The translations under genes and the position numbers were made by a program. A model generated the notes under the pieces. The model saw only the letters and a program-made list of their open reading frames with translations. It did no database searches and had not been told where the DNA came from. From Vezdaea acicularis (lineage: Eukaryota), in the NCBI GenBank assembly GCA_026025075.1, contig JAPEUI010000036.1, positions 62,001 to 126,000 of the forward strand: 64,000 bases of DNA, given 5' to 3'. Below are positions 61,959 through 64,000 of this stretch, in pieces (position 1 is the first letter of the stretch; every line of letters begins with the position of its first letter).

Positions 61959-62779
61959 TCAGACACTCCGTAACCACCTGGGCATTCGTGCTCCCCTCCC
62001 AGGATGCATCTCCAAGTCCCTTTCGATATCCACCTTAATCTCTCTCGCCTTGGAGACAATGTCATCAAAGCCTCTAGTCGACAGAGGCTGTCCCTCGCCT
62101 CCATAATGAATGAGGATCTGCATGTATCGATTGTCGCCTACCACCAGCGCTTGTCAACCCTTGAGATCTCAGAGTGCGAAGGATTGGTAGGTCACGGCCA
62201 CTCACCATCAAACTCCTTTAGGGCCTTGATGAGCGTTCGAGTTTCGACGTCTTGCCAATCTCTGGGTCTTGCTTCCTCCCGATGAGCAACCTTGAAGAGG
62301 CTGAGTCGTTCAAAGGGCTCGCCGCATTGATCGACCTCGTATGTAGCTTCTTCAAGCTGTTGTGCATTCCCTAGTACTTCCCGTTGGCGATTGATCTGAG
62401 AGTTGACAAGCGCAGCGCGTTCTTTCCTCCTGCGCAGATTGTCCTTTGCCTCTGCTTCTCTCTGTGAGGCTAGCTTGCGTGCGAGCTTCTTCTTAGCGTT
62501 CGCAACCTCCTCTACACTATCTTCAGGGCCCAATTCTGCATCTTGATGTTTTGATTTCTTATTAGTCCCGGCTGATTTACCGCCCTTCTTTCTCTTGATC
62601 GCCTGTGTATCGACGCCATTTAACGTCCCTGACTTCGAAGAGCTGTTCAGTAAACGTGCAATTTCTTCGGGGTCCTCGGCGTCATCATGTCGCTTCCCCA
62701 TCGAGGAAGTTATCTCCATTTGCAGTTGCTCATTTGCGGCACCGTCCGACTCATCTGGGGCTCTATCCTTTCCATGCAT
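61959..62779 (-). CDS. Hypothetical protein with basic region and divergent C-terminal Myb/SANT-like domain
   Basis: Exons 62779-62206 and 62137-61959. Spliced C-terminus RDWQDVETRTLIKALKEFDGDNRYMQILIHYGGEGQPLSTRGFDDIVSKAREIK...PRWLRSV*. Start codon uncertain. Confidence 0.62.
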
Positions 62780-63353
62780 TGAACCTGCATGTAGAATACG
62801 TCAATTGAGTAGATTACCACGAATAAAAAAGAGCAATTCACCTTGACCTCTAACGCTGAACGTATGAAATATCCCTCTGATGTCAGCTGTGGCCAGAAGC
62901 CAGAGCTCTGGCCCTTTCGAAAGCACTTATTTAGTTGCTTCACGTTACGAGCATGGTATTCATAGTTGAGGTCGGGAAGCGCAATGCGGAACGCGAAGCG
63001 AAGGCGGCAGCACGTGTGTATCATGGCCTCAAGAATAATGTAATACAAACTGATATAAGGCTTATTGCGATTTCAGGATGTATGTATGCTTTCTAGAGCT
63101 TTTGGACGGTAATTTAACGCGCTCATGATTGGTGTCCGTTGCCCAAACCACAGAAACTCAGCGAGCTCCCCGAAGACCAACTGACCATTGGACAAGACAC
63201 AAAACAATCGCTTGGGCAGAGCCCGAGGACCTTTCCCTTGATCACTTGTTTCGTGTGTTAGATTTAGACTATACGCAACCTGTTCACTTTGAGCACTATG
63301 TAAAGTCTGTAGATCTATCACGTCGTCAAAATATCAGTGTGCTTTAAATCACC

Positions 63354-64000
63354 ATGGCTACTGCTAAACCTACCGACAAGGAGCATGGTCATAACAACCA
63401 AATTGATGGGAAAGAAACGCCAGATAAATCCTCGGTGCTTAGAATCAGGCGGCTCTCTATTCTTACCCAAGAGGAGGCGAGCGAACACGTCTTCACTGTG
63501 CCAGTGAAAAGGATACATGACGGTCACGATGTTACACGTTTCTTGTCTTCTAAAGCCTACAGGAGCATCATGACTTTCTTATATCAACTAAATACAGCTA
63601 TGTATCCAAGGACCTCTGTTTCTGATCCGAATGATCCTGATTCGATACAGACCTGGGAACTGGACTCACCATCGATCCAAACCTCGAATTCTGTCAAGAA
63701 GCTTCAAGACTTATTCCGCAAGCTTGAAGAGATTATTGATGAAGCTCCGCCAGACCCGGGACCACAGCGATTTGGTAATGTGAGCTTTCGGACATGGTAT
63801 AAGCTGGTCGAAGAGAGGCTGCCGGTTCTTTTAAAAGAGTATCTACCTGCCGAGATCCTAGCCAATGACCGTGGCACGAAGGCGGATAGTTGTGATGCAA
63901 AGGACGAGTTACTAGTGTACCTACTTGGGAGTTTTGGAAGTGCACAAAGACTAGACTATGGGACAGGCCATGAGCTTAGCTTCCTCGCTTTTCTAGGTTG
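63354..64000 (+). CDS. RRD1: Serine/threonine phosphatase 2A activator PTPA (Rrd1/Ypa1-like), 3'-truncated by the window end
   Basis: Open frame from ATG 63354 to the window end (absent from the ORF track because it has no stop). Motifs FTVPVKRIHDGHDV..FLSSKAY, PPDPGPQRFGNVSFRTW, YLLGSFGSAQRLDYGTGHELSFLAFL. Confidence 0.92.
   Translation, partial: MATAKPTDKEHGHNNQIDGKETPDKSSVLRIRRLSILTQEEASEHVFTVPVKRIHDGHDVTRFLSSKAYRSIMTFLYQLNTAMYPRTSVSDPNDPDSIQTWELDSPSIQTSNSVKKLQDLFRKLEEIIDEAPPDPGPQRFGNVSFRTWYKLVEERLPVLLKEYLPAEILANDRGTKADSCDAKDELLVYLLGSFGSAQRLDYGTGHELSFLAFLG

Noticed and set aside
1..64000. Transposons, CRISPR arrays, rRNA or prokaryotic-type systems
   Set aside because: No transposase, RT or integrase motifs, LTR/TIR pairs, RIP-like AT-rich blocks or repeat-spacer arrays were seen; the sequence is intron-rich fungal DNA.

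Overview
Eukaryotic nuclear DNA from a filamentous ascomycete (Pezizomycotina-like, judged from short GT-AG introns with RCTRAC branch points and fungal-type proteins). I hand-spliced about 22 protein-coding genes and one intron-containing tRNA-Pro(UGG). The genes are a copper-fist transcription factor, a 99-aa membrane microprotein, MET10, FMP52-like, ATG13, the complex I 30-kDa subunit, NOT4, an Mx/dynamin-family GTPase, a BTB protein, COX15, KRS1, an FAD/NAD oxidoreductase, a MARVEL-like protein, a cytochrome P450, a hypothetical protein, DUG2, EMP65/TAPT1, a CWC16/YJU2-family protein, a long coiled-coil protein, a Myb/SANT-like protein and a truncated RRD1/PTPA. I saw no transposon, CRISPR array or secondary-metabolite cluster. 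The most interesting signals are in RNA processing. NOT4 appears to make an 840-aa and a ~1568-aa isoform through a hairpin-rich 684-nt intron, and it has an in-frame exitron carrying an NLS-like motif. The coiled-coil gene shows the same design (weak donor, nearby stop, long hairpin). DUG2 seems to need a GT-TG intron and a GAG acceptor. EMP65 has a GC-AG intron with a stop-inserting CAGTAG acceptor. The copper-fist gene has a 1.1-kb ATG-free leader, while ATG13 has a uORF-laden spliced leader. All gene models and identities come from reading the sequence and recalling family motifs; no searches were run.
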